This document shows, piece by piece, positions 46,015 to 55,615 of a DNA stretch of 64,000 nucleotides. Location of the stretch: the IMG/VR virus record IMGVR_UViG_2974649007_000001, positions 23,197-87,196 of that record. One strand, 5' to 3'. The position numbers and the translations under genes were made by a program. A model generated the notes under the pieces. It worked only from the letters and a program-made list of their open reading frames with translations, did no database searches and had not been told where the DNA came from. Origin of the DNA: a virus (Duplodnaviria; Caudoviricetes). Numbering within the stretch: position 1 is the stretch's first letter; each line of letters opens with the position of its first letter.

Positions 46015-46185
46015 TCAACTGCGCTGCTTTTTCCGCTTCCGCAACTGCCACCAGGTGGCCCCCACTGCCAAGGCCAGGCACACCACGAACGCCACGAAAG
46101 CGAACAGGATGCTGACCAGTTTGGTCAGTACCCAGAGGCTGATGATGATCGACAGCGTGCGCCAGAAGAACTTTTCAGCGGCCAT
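46015..46185 (-). CDS. 56-aa membrane protein (not in ORF track)
   Basis: MAAEKFFWRTLSIIISLWVLTKLVSILFAFVAFVVCLALAVGATWWQLRKRKKQRS; coupled to the upstream TGA. Confidence 0.6.
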   Translation of the reverse strand: MAAEKFFWRTLSIIISLWVLTKLVSILFAFVAFVVCLALAVGATWWQLRKRKKQRS

Positions 46186-46553
46186 CAGCGGTCTCCTACC
46201 ATCGGGATGTCCTTCAGCGTGATGTACGCTGCCGGGTCACCGTTGGCGTAATAGCGGCCCAGGATCGCCGTCTCCTGGTCGGCCGGGTCACCGTGGTCGG
46301 GGATGTGCCCACCGTCACTGGTGGTGAGCATGAAATACTCACCGTTTGGCAGCATCTTGCGCAGCGCTACACAGCCGCCGCCGGTGTGGTAGACGTCGAA
46401 GCCGTATTCCTTCGGGTCGCAAGGGCCACGGCCGCATTCCGAGATCATCGGGTTGCGGATCTGCATGTCGTTGTGGACGAACGACATGTGGTCTTCCACG
46501 TAGGGCACCTTTAGGGTGCCGGTGGACAGGTGAATCGTGAGTGGTCTAGACAT
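46185..46553 (-). CDS. Hypothetical protein
   Basis: Coupled ORF. Confidence 0.6.
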   Translation of the reverse strand: MSRPLTIHLSTGTLKVPYVEDHMSFVHNDMQIRNPMISECGRGPCDPKEYGFDVYHTGGGCVALRKMLPNGEYFMLTTSDGGHIPDHGDPADQETAILGRYYANGDPAAYITLKDIPMVGDR

Positions 46554-46780
46554 CAGCTGCGCTCCACGACGTTTTCGTACAAGAGAACCTCGGCGAAGTC
46601 GTCGAGCTGGAGCACCACGATGCAGTCCTCGTCGGCCCCCCAGCGCACCGCAAACGGCTTTCCGGGGATAATTGGCCCGTCAGTGTAGGTCCGCATCTTC
46701 GGGTCGCCAGCGAACGCTGCCGCCGCCTTGAGGACGAACGCTTTGCGCTCCTCCTCCTTTTCTAAATTGATTGCTCGCAC
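46553..46780 (-). CDS. Hypothetical protein
   Basis: GGAGG RBS. Confidence 0.55.
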   Translation of the reverse strand: MRAINLEKEEERKAFVLKAAAAFAGDPKMRTYTDGPIIPGKPFAVRWGADEDCIVVLQLDDFAEVLLYENVVERS

Positions 46781-47007
46781 TGTGCCTCCTTCCTGGCCGT
46801 GAGCCAGTTGAAAAAGCGCCGCACCAGGTAGCTGCGGATCATGCTGATGATTGTGAAGATCGTGACGATCTGCACGTTTTCGGTTAGTGACAGGGTGCTG
46901 AACCCGTACATGGGGAAGATCACCGCCTGGGCATACACCGAGACGATGAACCCCACGACCATGTTGGTCGCCACCTCGACCAGGCTAGCCAGTTTGCTTT
47001 GGCTCAC
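46762..47007 (-). CDS. Two-TM small membrane protein
   Basis: MSQSKLASLVEVATN..RSYLVRRFFN. Confidence 0.6.
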   Translation of the reverse strand: MSQSKLASLVEVATNMVVGFIVSVYAQAVIFPMYGFSTLSLTENVQIVTIFTIISMIRSYLVRRFFNWLTARKEAQCEQSI

Positions 47008-47290
47008 TTGCGTTCCTCTTGTCGATCTCGGCCATGATCTCGGCGATCAGGTCGGGGTGGGCGTAGTAGTTGTCACCTACCCGGACAACGTCTCGGCTGG
47101 CCTTGTAGGTGGTCGTGTGGGTGGTGATCACCTCGGTAGCCTTGAAGGGGTTCCAAGGCGTGTTGAACAGCCTGGCTGCCCACGAGCGCTTGATCTCCAC
47201 CTCTTTGGACTCGGTGTGCGCCACCGTGAGGATGGGGCTGGCGATGAACCGCTGCCCCATGATCATGTGCTCAGGGATACCGTGTGGCAT
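46985..47290 (-). CDS. Hypothetical protein
   Basis: Coupled ORF. Confidence 0.55.
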   Translation of the reverse strand: MPHGIPEHMIMGQRFIASPILTVAHTESKEVEIKRSWAARLFNTPWNPFKATEVITTHTTTYKASRDVVRVGDNYYAHPDLIAEIMAEIDKRNASEPKQTG

Positions 47291-47634
47291 CAGCTGCCCT
47301 CCTGTGCCTTAGCGATCAGGCTTTTCAGGGCGATGACCGACGACATTTTGTAGATGCCGAAGTCGCCGCGATCGCCGCTGTCTTCGATGGACTGGAACTC
47401 GGCCAGCACCCGTTCGGATGCCTCAGCCAAGTCCAGCTGCAAGGTGCGCGGCGTGGACAGGTCGACCTCGCGGCCGTCGACCTTGAACACGCAGGCGCTG
47501 TCCGGCTCGCCGTTGGCGATGCGCGGCTGGAAATAGCCTTCGGCGACTGACTGGGCGATGTCCCGGTCGAGCGTGCCCAGCTTCACTTCCACGTCGGTTG
47601 TCCAGGTGACCCGGACGGTTTCAGTATCCATCAC
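47290..47634 (-). CDS. Hypothetical protein
   Basis: Coupled ORF. Confidence 0.55.
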   Translation of the reverse strand: MMDTETVRVTWTTDVEVKLGTLDRDIAQSVAEGYFQPRIANGEPDSACVFKVDGREVDLSTPRTLQLDLAEASERVLAEFQSIEDSGDRGDFGIYKMSSVIALKSLIAKAQEGS

Positions 47635-47750
47635 GCCCCCTTGATCACTTGAATGAGCAGGATGATGACGATCAACGCCACCACGAAGTTGCCGAGCCAG
47701 CCGCCTTGGGCGCGCTCCTCGGGATGATAACCACCAGGCTTATTTGCCAT
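47631..47750 (-). CDS. 39-aa single-TM protein
   Basis: MANKPGGYHPEERAQGGWLGNFVVALIVIILLIQVIKGA. Confidence 0.5.
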   Translation of the reverse strand: MANKPGGYHPEERAQGGWLGNFVVALIVIILLIQVIKGA

Positions 47751-47985
47751 TACGGGCCTCCAGGCGCCGGAGTTTTTCGGCGCGACGTTCACGTTTCGCT
47801 TCGGCGGCGCCGAGGCGGTTGAGGGAGGCCACCTTGTCGGTGTCCTCCCAGTTAGACTTGCTGGTGCGCGGCGGCGTTGGCACGTCGTCGTTGGTGTTGA
47901 GGATGCTGGGGAACATCTCGTGCGGCAAGTGCATGAATGCACCGCCGAGAATCAGCAATTTTGACAGCATGCTACTCTTCATCAT
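47740..47985 (-). CDS. Small hypothetical protein
   Basis: Coupled ORF, basic C-terminus. Confidence 0.5.
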   Translation of the reverse strand: MMKSSMLSKLLILGGAFMHLPHEMFPSILNTNDDVPTPPRTSKSNWEDTDKVASLNRLGAAEAKRERRAEKLRRLEARNGK

Positions 47986-48223
47986 CTTCGGGCTCCCCGA
48001 TAATGGCCTTCAGCTCCTTGTAGAGCGAGACCGCGGCTTCGTGATCAGGCACCAGTGCCATGACCACCTTGTACAGTTCGCTGGCGCCGAGGACGCCGAG
48101 CAACGGCTTGAGGCGCTTATCCAGCGTCTCGCGCACCGAGTCTGCCTCGGCCTCGTAGGCCAGCTTTGTGCTGGCGAAGCGACGACCGTCGGAGATCTCG
48201 TACACCGTGACCGAGCGGATCAC
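47972..48223 (-). CDS. Small hypothetical protein
   Basis: Coupled ORF. Confidence 0.55.
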   Translation of the reverse strand: MIRSVTVYEISDGRRFASTKLAYEAEADSVRETLDKRLKPLLGVLGASELYKVVMALVPDHEAAVSLYKELKAIIGEPEDDEE

Positions 48224-49185
48224 GATGTCAGTTCCAGTTGGCTGGCCAGACGCTCCACAACCCAGCGAGCGAAGCGGTGGCAGCCGACAACCACGGAACC
48301 ATCCTTCTCGATGCGGCTGAGCTGGAAGTTGCCGAAGCGTGCCGACTGGGCCTCAGTGAGCACCAGCCCGTCGCTGTACTTCGAGTCGTAGAAGCGCTTG
48401 ATCAGCGGCCAGGCACGGCGGCAGTCCTCGGCCGGCACCACCAGACCTTGCGTGGTGTCTACCGTCAGGCCGGTTGGCCCCAGGCGTAGACCGTCGGTGC
48501 CCAGGATCTGCCGGACGTTGTGCATACCGTGGGTGGCACGCTCGCCGTTGAACCAGGCTTCCAGCTCGGCGGTGACCGTCCCTACCTGTGCCTTGCGTTT
48601 CTTCTCGGCAGCAGCCCGCTCACGCTTGATGCGGGCCTCTTCCTTGGCGCTGAGGCTGGACATCGCCGCTGTGATGTTCACCTTGCAGGCTTCGATCAAC
48701 TTGGCGGTGTCGGCCAGCCGACGCTTCAGCGCGGCCGGTGTTTTCTTCCACTGGGCTTTGAAGTCGTCGAACGCGGCGATCTCGTACAGGTTGGCTACCT
48801 GCTGCCAGGCCGAGTGGATGTCGTCGTTGGCCAGCTCCTTTTTGCGGCGCTTGGAGGCAGTGTGCAGCAACGTGGTGACCGCGCTGATGGTCTCGTCGAT
48901 CCCGTTCTTGCTGAGCGGATCTTCCACGTCGTGGACATACAGCGTGTTCTTGTGGCTCACCGAACTCCAGACTTCGTGCTGGTGCTTGCTTGTGGTGTTG
49001 CTGTAGGTGGCGTAGGTCAGCAGCACATCGTTGAAGCTGATGTGCCTGGCCATGGGGAAGTGGCTGCCGTAGCTGTAGATGATCTTCCCGGTGAAGAATA
49101 CCGACGAGTTCGGGTTGCGACCGTTGTCACTGTGGCGACCTGCCCAGGCATGCACACACTCGGCAGTGTTTTTGTAGTATTTCAT
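48220..49185 (-). CDS. Early-type hypothetical protein
   Basis: H.WA..NSSVFF..IYSYGSHF..YSNTTSKHQ; ATG 49185 with GGAG RBS. Confidence 0.65.
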   Translation of the reverse strand: MKYYKNTAECVHAWAGRHSDNGRNPNSSVFFTGKIIYSYGSHFPMARHISFNDVLLTYATYSNTTSKHQHEVWSSVSHKNTLYVHDVEDPLSKNGIDETISAVTTLLHTASKRRKKELANDDIHSAWQQVANLYEIAAFDDFKAQWKKTPAALKRRLADTAKLIEACKVNITAAMSSLSAKEEARIKRERAAAEKKRKAQVGTVTAELEAWFNGERATHGMHNVRQILGTDGLRLGPTGLTVDTTQGLVVPAEDCRRAWPLIKRFYDSKYSDGLVLTEAQSARFGNFQLSRIEKDGSVVVGCHRFARWVVERLASQLELTS

Positions 49186-49334
49186 GTCAACGACTCCTCT
49201 CTTTCTGTCCGCATGGCTTCTGCCAGCGGAATAAATTCTTTCATCAGCGCTTCCATCCGCGCTTCGCACGCCTTGGCCTCGGCCATGGTGTGGAAGTCGG
49301 CCCACTCGGTCTTGAGTTCAGGAGTCAAGTTCAT
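49182..49334 (-). CDS. 50-aa hypothetical protein
   Basis: MNLTPELKTEW..., ATGA-coupled. Confidence 0.45.
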   Translation of the reverse strand: MNLTPELKTEWADFHTMAEAKACEARMEALMKEFIPLAEAMRTEREESLT

Positions 49335-49525
49335 GGGTGAAGCCCTCCAGCTTGTAGACGTCAGTCCACTCGCCTTCGCAATCGTTGCAGCCTACTGGCT
49401 GATAGGCTTTGCCTGCGTCGATGGTGACTTGGTCACCTTCGATGTCGGTCGAGCCGCAGAAGGGGCACTTATTGCCCCCCAGCAGCGGTGTATTCTTCGC
49501 TGCTTACCGGGTTTTCCTTACTCAC
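49318..49525 (-). pseudogene. Zn-ribbon protein interrupted by a +1 frameshift in a G6 run
   Basis: GTG..YTAAGG/NKCPFCGS..CNDCEGEW; 208 nt = 69 codons + 1. Confidence 0.65.
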
Positions 49526-49925
49526 TTTGAGCCTCCAGTGCCTTGCGGACCTTCTTGGTCAGCCGGCGGCTTACCGGGATGATGTGAGGGCAGGCGCCGA
49601 GGCGATCACCGATGCGAACGCTGGTGATGATCTCGAACACCCAGTGGTTGCCTTTGCGCCAGTTGCTGCGGCCCGCCAGCATTCCGTTCATGACCAGGTA
49701 GCTGCGATGCACCAGCAGCGCCTGACCTTTGAGCGTTTCCTCGATAACCCAGAGCGGGATGTCGAGGATGAACGCACCGTTGTTTTTGGTGTGCGCCACC
49801 ACCGCCTTGTGCTCGGCCTGGAAGAACGCGATGTTCTCCAGTGGCGTGCGGATCAGTACGCCGAGGCGGTAGGCCTCGATGTACTCCGTGTTGACGACGT
49901 CGGGCGCCTTATTAGGACGTGGCAT
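49518..49925 (-). CDS. Stand-alone LytTR DNA-binding domain protein
   Basis: IAFFQAEHK..LW.IEETL..LLVHRSYLV..IPVSRR. Confidence 0.75.
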   Translation of the reverse strand: MPRPNKAPDVVNTEYIEAYRLGVLIRTPLENIAFFQAEHKAVVAHTKNNGAFILDIPLWVIEETLKGQALLVHRSYLVMNGMLAGRSNWRKGNHWVFEIITSVRIGDRLGACPHIIPVSRRLTKKVRKALEAQSE

Positions 49926-50439
49926 GCTGGACCTCACTGGTCTTGTCGAACCACTCGAGCAGAGCGGCGCGGGGATACTGGTTGGCCTTGTTGATCAGGC
50001 TCAAGCGGCCCATCTTGAAGGGTCTGGGTTTGAACACCGTGGTGGCGGGGAAGGGCACCTTTCGGGCTCGCTTCTGCAAGGCCGACACGGTGATCCCCTT
50101 GAGCCGCGCCAGCTCGGTGAGGGTCATGCAGGGTTCGTTTTTCAATGGCACCTCCTCGACCAGCGCCGCCAGGCACTGCATCATTTGTCTGTGATATTTC
50201 ATGGTCGGCGGCACACAGTCGTCGTCCAGTTTTTCCACGGTGCGTTTCGGCTTGCTCAGCCAGGGAGGCCGGTTACCCGTACCTTCGTAGATGCTGAGCA
50301 TCAGGTCGCTGTGCAGCTTGCCAACCCAGTCCTCAAGGACCGGGCTGGCCCAGACGACAACGCCGCCCAGTGTGTACCAGTGGGAGGCGAGTGGCCGACC
50401 TTCAGTGCCCTTCTGCCAGTAGACGTTGTAGTGCGACAT
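49912..50439 (-). CDS. Hypothetical protein with C-terminal HTH
   Basis: MTLTELARLKGITVSALQKR. Confidence 0.55.
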   Translation of the reverse strand: MSHYNVYWQKGTEGRPLASHWYTLGGVVVWASPVLEDWVGKLHSDLMLSIYEGTGNRPPWLSKPKRTVEKLDDDCVPPTMKYHRQMMQCLAALVEEVPLKNEPCMTLTELARLKGITVSALQKRARKVPFPATTVFKPRPFKMGRLSLINKANQYPRAALLEWFDKTSEVQHATS

Positions 50440-50914
50440 CGTCGGTCTCCTCCCACACCACAAAGCGGTGCGGGTGAAAGTCGTTCGGGATGGTGTAGCT
50501 GTGCTCGGACACGTTGTATTCGATCCGACCGTCGACCACCCGGACATCCGGGAGGATGTCGATGGTCACCAGCCAGTGTTCGTCCTGCCCGACCAGCCGG
50601 GACATCGGCTTGAGCTGCAACGTGCCTTGGATGTCGAAGTCCATCATCTTGCGGTTTTCGTCGTCCACATACGGGACGATGTTGATGGGGCTGATCAGTG
50701 TGCCGGCCGGCATGAGCGCCAGCTGGGCCAGGGTGACGATGCGCAATGGCCTCATTGGAGACGCTCCCTTGCGCCGCATCGCACGGCGCAGCAACAGTTT
50801 GTTGATCTCCTCCGGCGTGGTGCCGAGTTCATCGGCCAGCGTTTGGAGCACCTTTTTCAGCTCGGCTGATGCAGCCCTGACCCGTTCGATCTGGGCCTTG
50901 TCGCCGGTGTACAT
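50402..50914 (-). CDS. Hypothetical protein
   Basis: Coupled ORF. Confidence 0.55.
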   Translation of the reverse strand: MYTGDKAQIERVRAASAELKKVLQTLADELGTTPEEINKLLLRRAMRRKGASPMRPLRIVTLAQLALMPAGTLISPINIVPYVDDENRKMMDFDIQGTLQLKPMSRLVGQDEHWLVTIDILPDVRVVDGRIEYNVSEHSYTIPNDFHPHRFVVWEETDDVALQRLLAEGH

Positions 50915-51453
50915 CAGAAGAACCCCTTGAACGCCGCGTCAACACGCAGGTAGCGGGACTCGTAGAAGAACGTGCCGTTGCAGTAAGGGCACGTCGCCAG
51001 GCTGTCCCACACCTCACCACCTCGTTTCGGCGGTCGGGCGATCTTCAGCACCTTGTCGCAGGTGGTGTTGGGGCAGTCCAGCTCGTGGTGGGAGCGGGTC
51101 AGATCCTTGGCCCAGTAGGCCTCGTAGCGGGCGACCGCTTCCGCCTTGTCCTTCGGGCTGCGCTTGTCCTGCAAGCTGACATCCGGCCAGTCCGCACGGT
51201 CGAACAGGTCGTCGATCTTGGCCTCGCTTTCCTCGCGGTGCTTGGCGTACTCGGCATCCATCTGCTTCCAGCGCTTATCAATCGCCGGATCTGCGATGCA
51301 GGCCGAGTAGCCAGCCTGAATGCACTCGTGGAGCGTCTGCTCCTTGTGAAAGCCCCGCGACCAGCCATCCACGATGATGGTCTGCATCTTCACGCCGGGG
51401 CGCCAGGCCTTGGCAGCCAGTTCAAGGCTGCGGGTTGGGGTGATCTCTTTCAT
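50914..51453 (-). CDS. Hypothetical protein with C-terminal Zn ribbon
   Basis: CPNTTC..CPYC. Confidence 0.6.
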   Translation of the reverse strand: MKEITPTRSLELAAKAWRPGVKMQTIIVDGWSRGFHKEQTLHECIQAGYSACIADPAIDKRWKQMDAEYAKHREESEAKIDDLFDRADWPDVSLQDKRSPKDKAEAVARYEAYWAKDLTRSHHELDCPNTTCDKVLKIARPPKRGGEVWDSLATCPYCNGTFFYESRYLRVDAAFKGFF

Positions 51454-51788
51454 ACGATCTTCCTCAGTGCGTGCTGGAAGGCGGCGAGGTCGAGCATGTC
51501 AGCCTGATGGCTGTCACCGCCCATCCAGTTCCACTTCCCGCTCTTGTCGTTGAGACGGTCGCCAAGGTCCAGCTCGATGGCTGCCTTGACGTCCACGAAG
51601 CGAGTGCAGATGCAGCAGTCGGAACCGATGCTCACCAGCAGGTCGCCGGCTTTCGTGGCGACCGTGTAGGGATAGCTGGCGTCGGCGGTGTAGACCGCGT
51701 TGAAGCGGTCCATGATGCCGCCCGCGGCGGCACCGTAGGCCGCGGTTTCCTTCATTTTACGTTTCATCACGTTCATCCTCGAGCGCAC
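51450..51788 (-). CDS. Hypothetical protein
   Basis: Coupled ORF; true start probably ~51770. Confidence 0.5.
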   Translation of the reverse strand: MRSRMNVMKRKMKETAAYGAAAGGIMDRFNAVYTADASYPYTVATKAGDLLVSIGSDCCICTRFVDVKAAIELDLGDRLNDKSGKWNWMGGDSHQADMLDLAAFQHALRKIV

Positions 51789-52065
51789 CGTGGCGCTCTA
51801 CTGGCAGTTCACCCAGCTCGGCGCGGATCTCCAAGATCGCCATGCGGGCTTTCTTGAGGCCGAAGCCGTCGAGCGGGAAGTCACGCACCGGCACCACCTC
51901 ACCGCAGGGGATGCGCAGGTAGATGCTGACGTGGTTGGCGTCGTCCTTCTCGCTGCACATCTCGAAGGTTTCGTCTTCGTCCTGCGCGGTGTAGACGCAT
52001 TGAATGCCGGTGGCGGTCTGGCCACCGAGCAGTTGAAGCAGTTCGGGTTTAGTGATGGCAGTCAT
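51757..52065 (-). CDS. Hypothetical protein
   Basis: MTAITKP start with GAGG RBS. Confidence 0.55.
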   Translation of the reverse strand: MTAITKPELLQLLGGQTATGIQCVYTAQDEDETFEMCSEKDDANHVSIYLRIPCGEVVPVRDFPLDGFGLKKARMAILEIRAELGELPVERHGALEDERDET

Positions 52066-52066
52066 G

Positions 52067-52462
52067 TTATTCGTCCTCGTTCTGCAAGCTGTTGTAGACC
52101 CAGTCCCAGTAACCGTCTTCACAGTCGCCGTTCTGCACGTCCTTGACCCAGTCGTCACGGACATAGGCCGGGTGGGATACCCAGTGCGTGCCGTCCGACG
52201 TGTATTTATGCTCCAGCTCCAGGCGCCCAAGGTCACGATCCTTGACCACCTCGCCGCCGAGGTCAGCCACGCTGACGATCTCGGCGTCGACCACCTTCTC
52301 GTTGCCGTCGCCGATCGACCAGTCGTGGCTGAACTCCGGCAGGCTGCGGATCGCATCCGCCTTGGCCTGCTCTTCGTTGAGCGCTTCCAGCTCGATACCC
52401 CAGCGCACCGGCAGCGAGCCCACGAACTCGATGTAGAATTTTTTCAGCTCTTGTTCACGCAT
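52067..52462 (-). CDS. Acidic hypothetical protein
   Basis: D/E/W-rich. Confidence 0.6.
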   Translation of the reverse strand: MREQELKKFYIEFVGSLPVRWGIELEALNEEQAKADAIRSLPEFSHDWSIGDGNEKVVDAEIVSVADLGGEVVKDRDLGRLELEHKYTSDGTHWVSHPAYVRDDWVKDVQNGDCEDGYWDWVYNSLQNEDE

Positions 52463-53714
52463 CTTGATTCCCCTTCCAGACCTTCACGTCGACCTTGTCG
52501 ATGCGGGTCGTGGTGTATTTGCCGATGTCATGGCCAAGGTCGCTTAGCAACTTGAGCCATACGTGTTCGCCGTCGTACATCATCACCTCGCAGAGGTAAA
52601 CGTCGACGACATCGAAGCCCCACAAGAGATTGTGCGGCGTGACCCAGAGGATGGTGCCGGGTGGCGGTTGACCGATGCCTTGCCACTCGTTCGTGCCTTC
52701 CATGTATGCCTTGGCCGTGGCGAGCATGCCTTCCTCGTCGTTGCTTTCGGCAATAGCGTGCTGCCAGGCTTCCTTGATGCAGTTGACCAAGGCTCCGGTG
52801 ACATAGGGCACCTGTTCGCACTTCCAGCCCCAAGTGCTGGTGAACTCGAACTTGTACCCGACGCACTCGAGTGTGCGCAGCTGACCTTCTTCAAGGCTGC
52901 CTTGCGGCACACCGTAGGCCCGCTTGGCGTTGCGCTGGTATTCCTCGACCTCCTCGAACGACTTGCCCCGCGACTTGTAGACCGGCGTGATCAACTTGCT
53001 CAGGTCAAAGGTCACGCCCTTGAGCTGCATCAGTTTGATCATCTGCTGGGCCTGCGCCGTGAGCTGCTTGTGTTCTTCAGGCATCTCGTCGTAGCCGGGA
53101 AAGCCTTGAAGTTCGGCCAGCTCGGCGGATGACAAGGGAGGGGGGAAGTTGCGGGCGCCTACCGTGAAGGTTGGGAGCGGCTTGTCATCGTGGATCGAGG
53201 ATGGCTCCTCGCCCTGGCCTGCTGCGTTCATCATGTTGACGAAAGAGTCAGGATCGCGGCGCGCCCAGTGGCGGATGGCGTCACGGATGCAGTCGGCGTG
53301 GCTCTTGAAGCCGACCACCTTGCAGCCGTCGAAGGTGAAGTAGATCTCGCCGCGACCGCTGTTGCTGAAAGCGTACCCAGCTGCTATGGCGCGGCTCTTG
53401 AGCCGGTTCAGCTCGACCGACTCGGCCAGAGGCATGCGGGCCACCCGATGCACGCCGGGGTTCGCCTTGACAGCGTCGACCGCTTCTTCATGGACCCGCA
53501 AGGCGTCACGCCAGGCTGCCTCGTGGTTGGGAAACAGCGCTGATTCACGAACGCCGCGAAGGCAGCGCCAGTAGCACATCTCGACCTTGCGGCCCTCTTC
53601 CATGGTGCAGGAAAAGCCCGCGTTGTAGACGATGAAGCCGTAGGTTTGGTGGAGCGCTTCCACACGCTCCTTTTCGTCCTTCGACAGGTTGAGGTCTTGC
53701 AGGTGCATGATCAT
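52455..53714 (-). CDS. Multi-domain hypothetical protein
   Basis: ATG 53714 with AAGGA RBS. Confidence 0.65.
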   Translation of the reverse strand: MIMHLQDLNLSKDEKERVEALHQTYGFIVYNAGFSCTMEEGRKVEMCYWRCLRGVRESALFPNHEAAWRDALRVHEEAVDAVKANPGVHRVARMPLAESVELNRLKSRAIAAGYAFSNSGRGEIYFTFDGCKVVGFKSHADCIRDAIRHWARRDPDSFVNMMNAAGQGEEPSSIHDDKPLPTFTVGARNFPPPLSSAELAELQGFPGYDEMPEEHKQLTAQAQQMIKLMQLKGVTFDLSKLITPVYKSRGKSFEEVEEYQRNAKRAYGVPQGSLEEGQLRTLECVGYKFEFTSTWGWKCEQVPYVTGALVNCIKEAWQHAIAESNDEEGMLATAKAYMEGTNEWQGIGQPPPGTILWVTPHNLLWGFDVVDVYLCEVMMYDGEHVWLKLLSDLGHDIGKYTTTRIDKVDVKVWKGNQDA

Positions 53715-53719
53715 ATTTC

Positions 53720-54250
53720 TTAGTCCTTTTGCGGGTATAACTCGTTGATTAATTTGAGAGTGTCGGGGAAATCCCGAGCATGCACACCCCTGTAGCCGGT
53801 GTGCAGATCCTTGGTCTTGTTGGTGAACCCGCGCTGCTTCTGGACATGCCAGCGCACCCATTCATGGAAGTGCGTAGTGCTGGGAAAATTCCTGAAGATC
53901 ATCACGCACCCAGTGCCAGACACCTCGGCGTAATACTCCAGCGTCTCGCCCCGGTGGTTCTCGCTCTTGCGGAGCGTCTTCATGTCCGTGCCGAGAAACT
54001 GGCCGACCGCATGGGCACCGTAATAGGTGATCCCCATCGGGTCGGTGTAGGTCATGCAGTGCTTATCAGGGCAACGGCCCCAGCCCACGGCCTGGAAGCG
54101 CGGGTCTTCCCACGCCACCGAGCTGAACAGGTTGTAGAGCAGGTGGCCAGACGCTCCCAGGATGGGAGGGCCGAAGTAAATCTCGGTACTTAGCGAATCA
54201 ACCATCTCCCAGTGGGATTTGATCAGCGCCGTTTTCAGTTGGTAGAACAT
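53720..54250 (-). CDS. Hypothetical protein
   Basis: Long ORF in the operon. Confidence 0.55.
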   Translation of the reverse strand: MFYQLKTALIKSHWEMVDSLSTEIYFGPPILGASGHLLYNLFSSVAWEDPRFQAVGWGRCPDKHCMTYTDPMGITYYGAHAVGQFLGTDMKTLRKSENHRGETLEYYAEVSGTGCVMIFRNFPSTTHFHEWVRWHVQKQRGFTNKTKDLHTGYRGVHARDFPDTLKLINELYPQKD

Positions 54251-54259
54251 GGCTGCGCC

Positions 54260-55615
54260 CTACTCGTAGACGTTGGGGGTGAACGGCTTTTTACGGAAGG
54301 TCGGCTCGCCGTGCTCGCCTTTACCATGCTCGTAATACATGCCGTTGGTGCTCCAGAGCGGCGCACTCGTGCATGCCCTTATCTTCGAGTGCCAGTGGTC
54401 CTTGGTCAGCGACTTGACGCTGTCGGCCATGGCGTAAATGCCTGCGCGCAGCTGATAGTCCGTCTCGTCGGTGTAGCCAGCCTGCACCTCGCACAACTCG
54501 ATCAGGCGCTCCAGGTCCTCCTGCATAATGATGCGCCCACCGCAGCGCTCCTTGTCCTTGACAGCGAACTGCACCCAGTTGACCACAGAAATGCCGGTAA
54601 GTAGCGACATTCCTATCATGCCGTAGGCATCCATAGGAGGCCTGACGCCCAGCTTCTGGATCAGCAGCCTGGCCATCAGCACCTCTGCATCTGCCAGGGC
54701 TGTACCAGGATCGCCACACACCAGATCGAGCTGATCCCAGTCCTGCTCGAACACCTTCTTCACGGCCCGTGCGAAGTTCGCCTCGTTCACCTTGACCGGG
54801 GCGCGCTTGTCAGCGGCACGAGTAGGCATGAACCCGGCTTCAGGGTCGAGCAGACGCTCGGTGCGGGCCATGATGGATGGTCGCCACTTCGCAATTTTGC
54901 GGCGTAACGCATCGTCATACGCCCCGTGCTCGATCAGCAGCGAGGCATAACTGCCGGTGCGCGGCAGGCCTAGCAGGAAGTCCTGACGGAAGCTGAGATG
55001 GTTGTGCGCCTTCTCGTCCAGGGTGTCGGTGCGGACCTCGTTGTTGTTGGCATCGTAGCTGACGCGGTACTCCCGATGGTTGTGGCGGATATGAGGGCCG
55101 AAGCCGAGCGAGGCCCCCAGTACGCCAAGCCTTGGCCAGTAGCCTTGCGAGTCGCTCATGTCGTCCACTTCGGTGAGATGGACAGCGCGCACGGCCAGCG
55201 CCTCGACTCCGTCCCAGGTCATGCCGCCCAGCAGGTAAGGCACCAGGGCTGGGCTGATCGGCTCCTTGAGGAACGGCGACTGCGGGCCCATCGCGCTCTT
55301 GAGCAGCTTGGCGCAATACTTCTCGAGGATGCGATCGCTGTAGCGCGCTGGGCCAATGAGGCTGCGGACGCCGGACTGGTTGCCACGCACAGCGTCGAGC
55401 AGGCCTTCGGCAAAATACATGGCCGCTGCCTCCATCTCCTTGCTGTCCGGGTCCAGGTGCGAGCCGGTGATGCGGCGGCTGGCTTGAACGTCACCCGGCG
55501 GGGTGTAGCAGTCCATGTTGTTGCCGCGAGGGCGCTTTATACCCTTGGCAGGTGGCCTGCGGGCCAATGGAACCAGGGCTGAAACGGATTCTGGGGATAG
55601 CGTTTTGAATGTCAT
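54260..55615 (-). CDS. Hypothetical protein (451 aa)
   Basis: Long ORF; no motif recognised. Confidence 0.65.
   Translation of the reverse strand: MTFKTLSPESVSALVPLARRPPAKGIKRPRGNNMDCYTPPGDVQASRRITGSHLDPDSKEMEAAAMYFAEGLLDAVRGNQSGVRSLIGPARYSDRILEKYCAKLLKSAMGPQSPFLKEPISPALVPYLLGGMTWDGVEALAVRAVHLTEVDDMSDSQGYWPRLGVLGASLGFGPHIRHNHREYRVSYDANNNEVRTDTLDEKAHNHLSFRQDFLLGLPRTGSYASLLIEHGAYDDALRRKIAKWRPSIMARTERLLDPEAGFMPTRAADKRAPVKVNEANFARAVKKVFEQDWDQLDLVCGDPGTALADAEVLMARLLIQKLGVRPPMDAYGMIGMSLLTGISVVNWVQFAVKDKERCGGRIIMQEDLERLIELCEVQAGYTDETDYQLRAGIYAMADSVKSLTKDHWHSKIRACTSAPLWSTNGMYYEHGKGEHGEPTFRKKPFTPNVYE

Noticed and set aside
3807-55340. Apparent excess of GCGATCGC (HIP1-like)
   Set aside because: Most copies lie in CDSs as Ala-Ile-Ala-type codons in GC-rich DNA. 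A codon-aware Markov test is needed and was not run.
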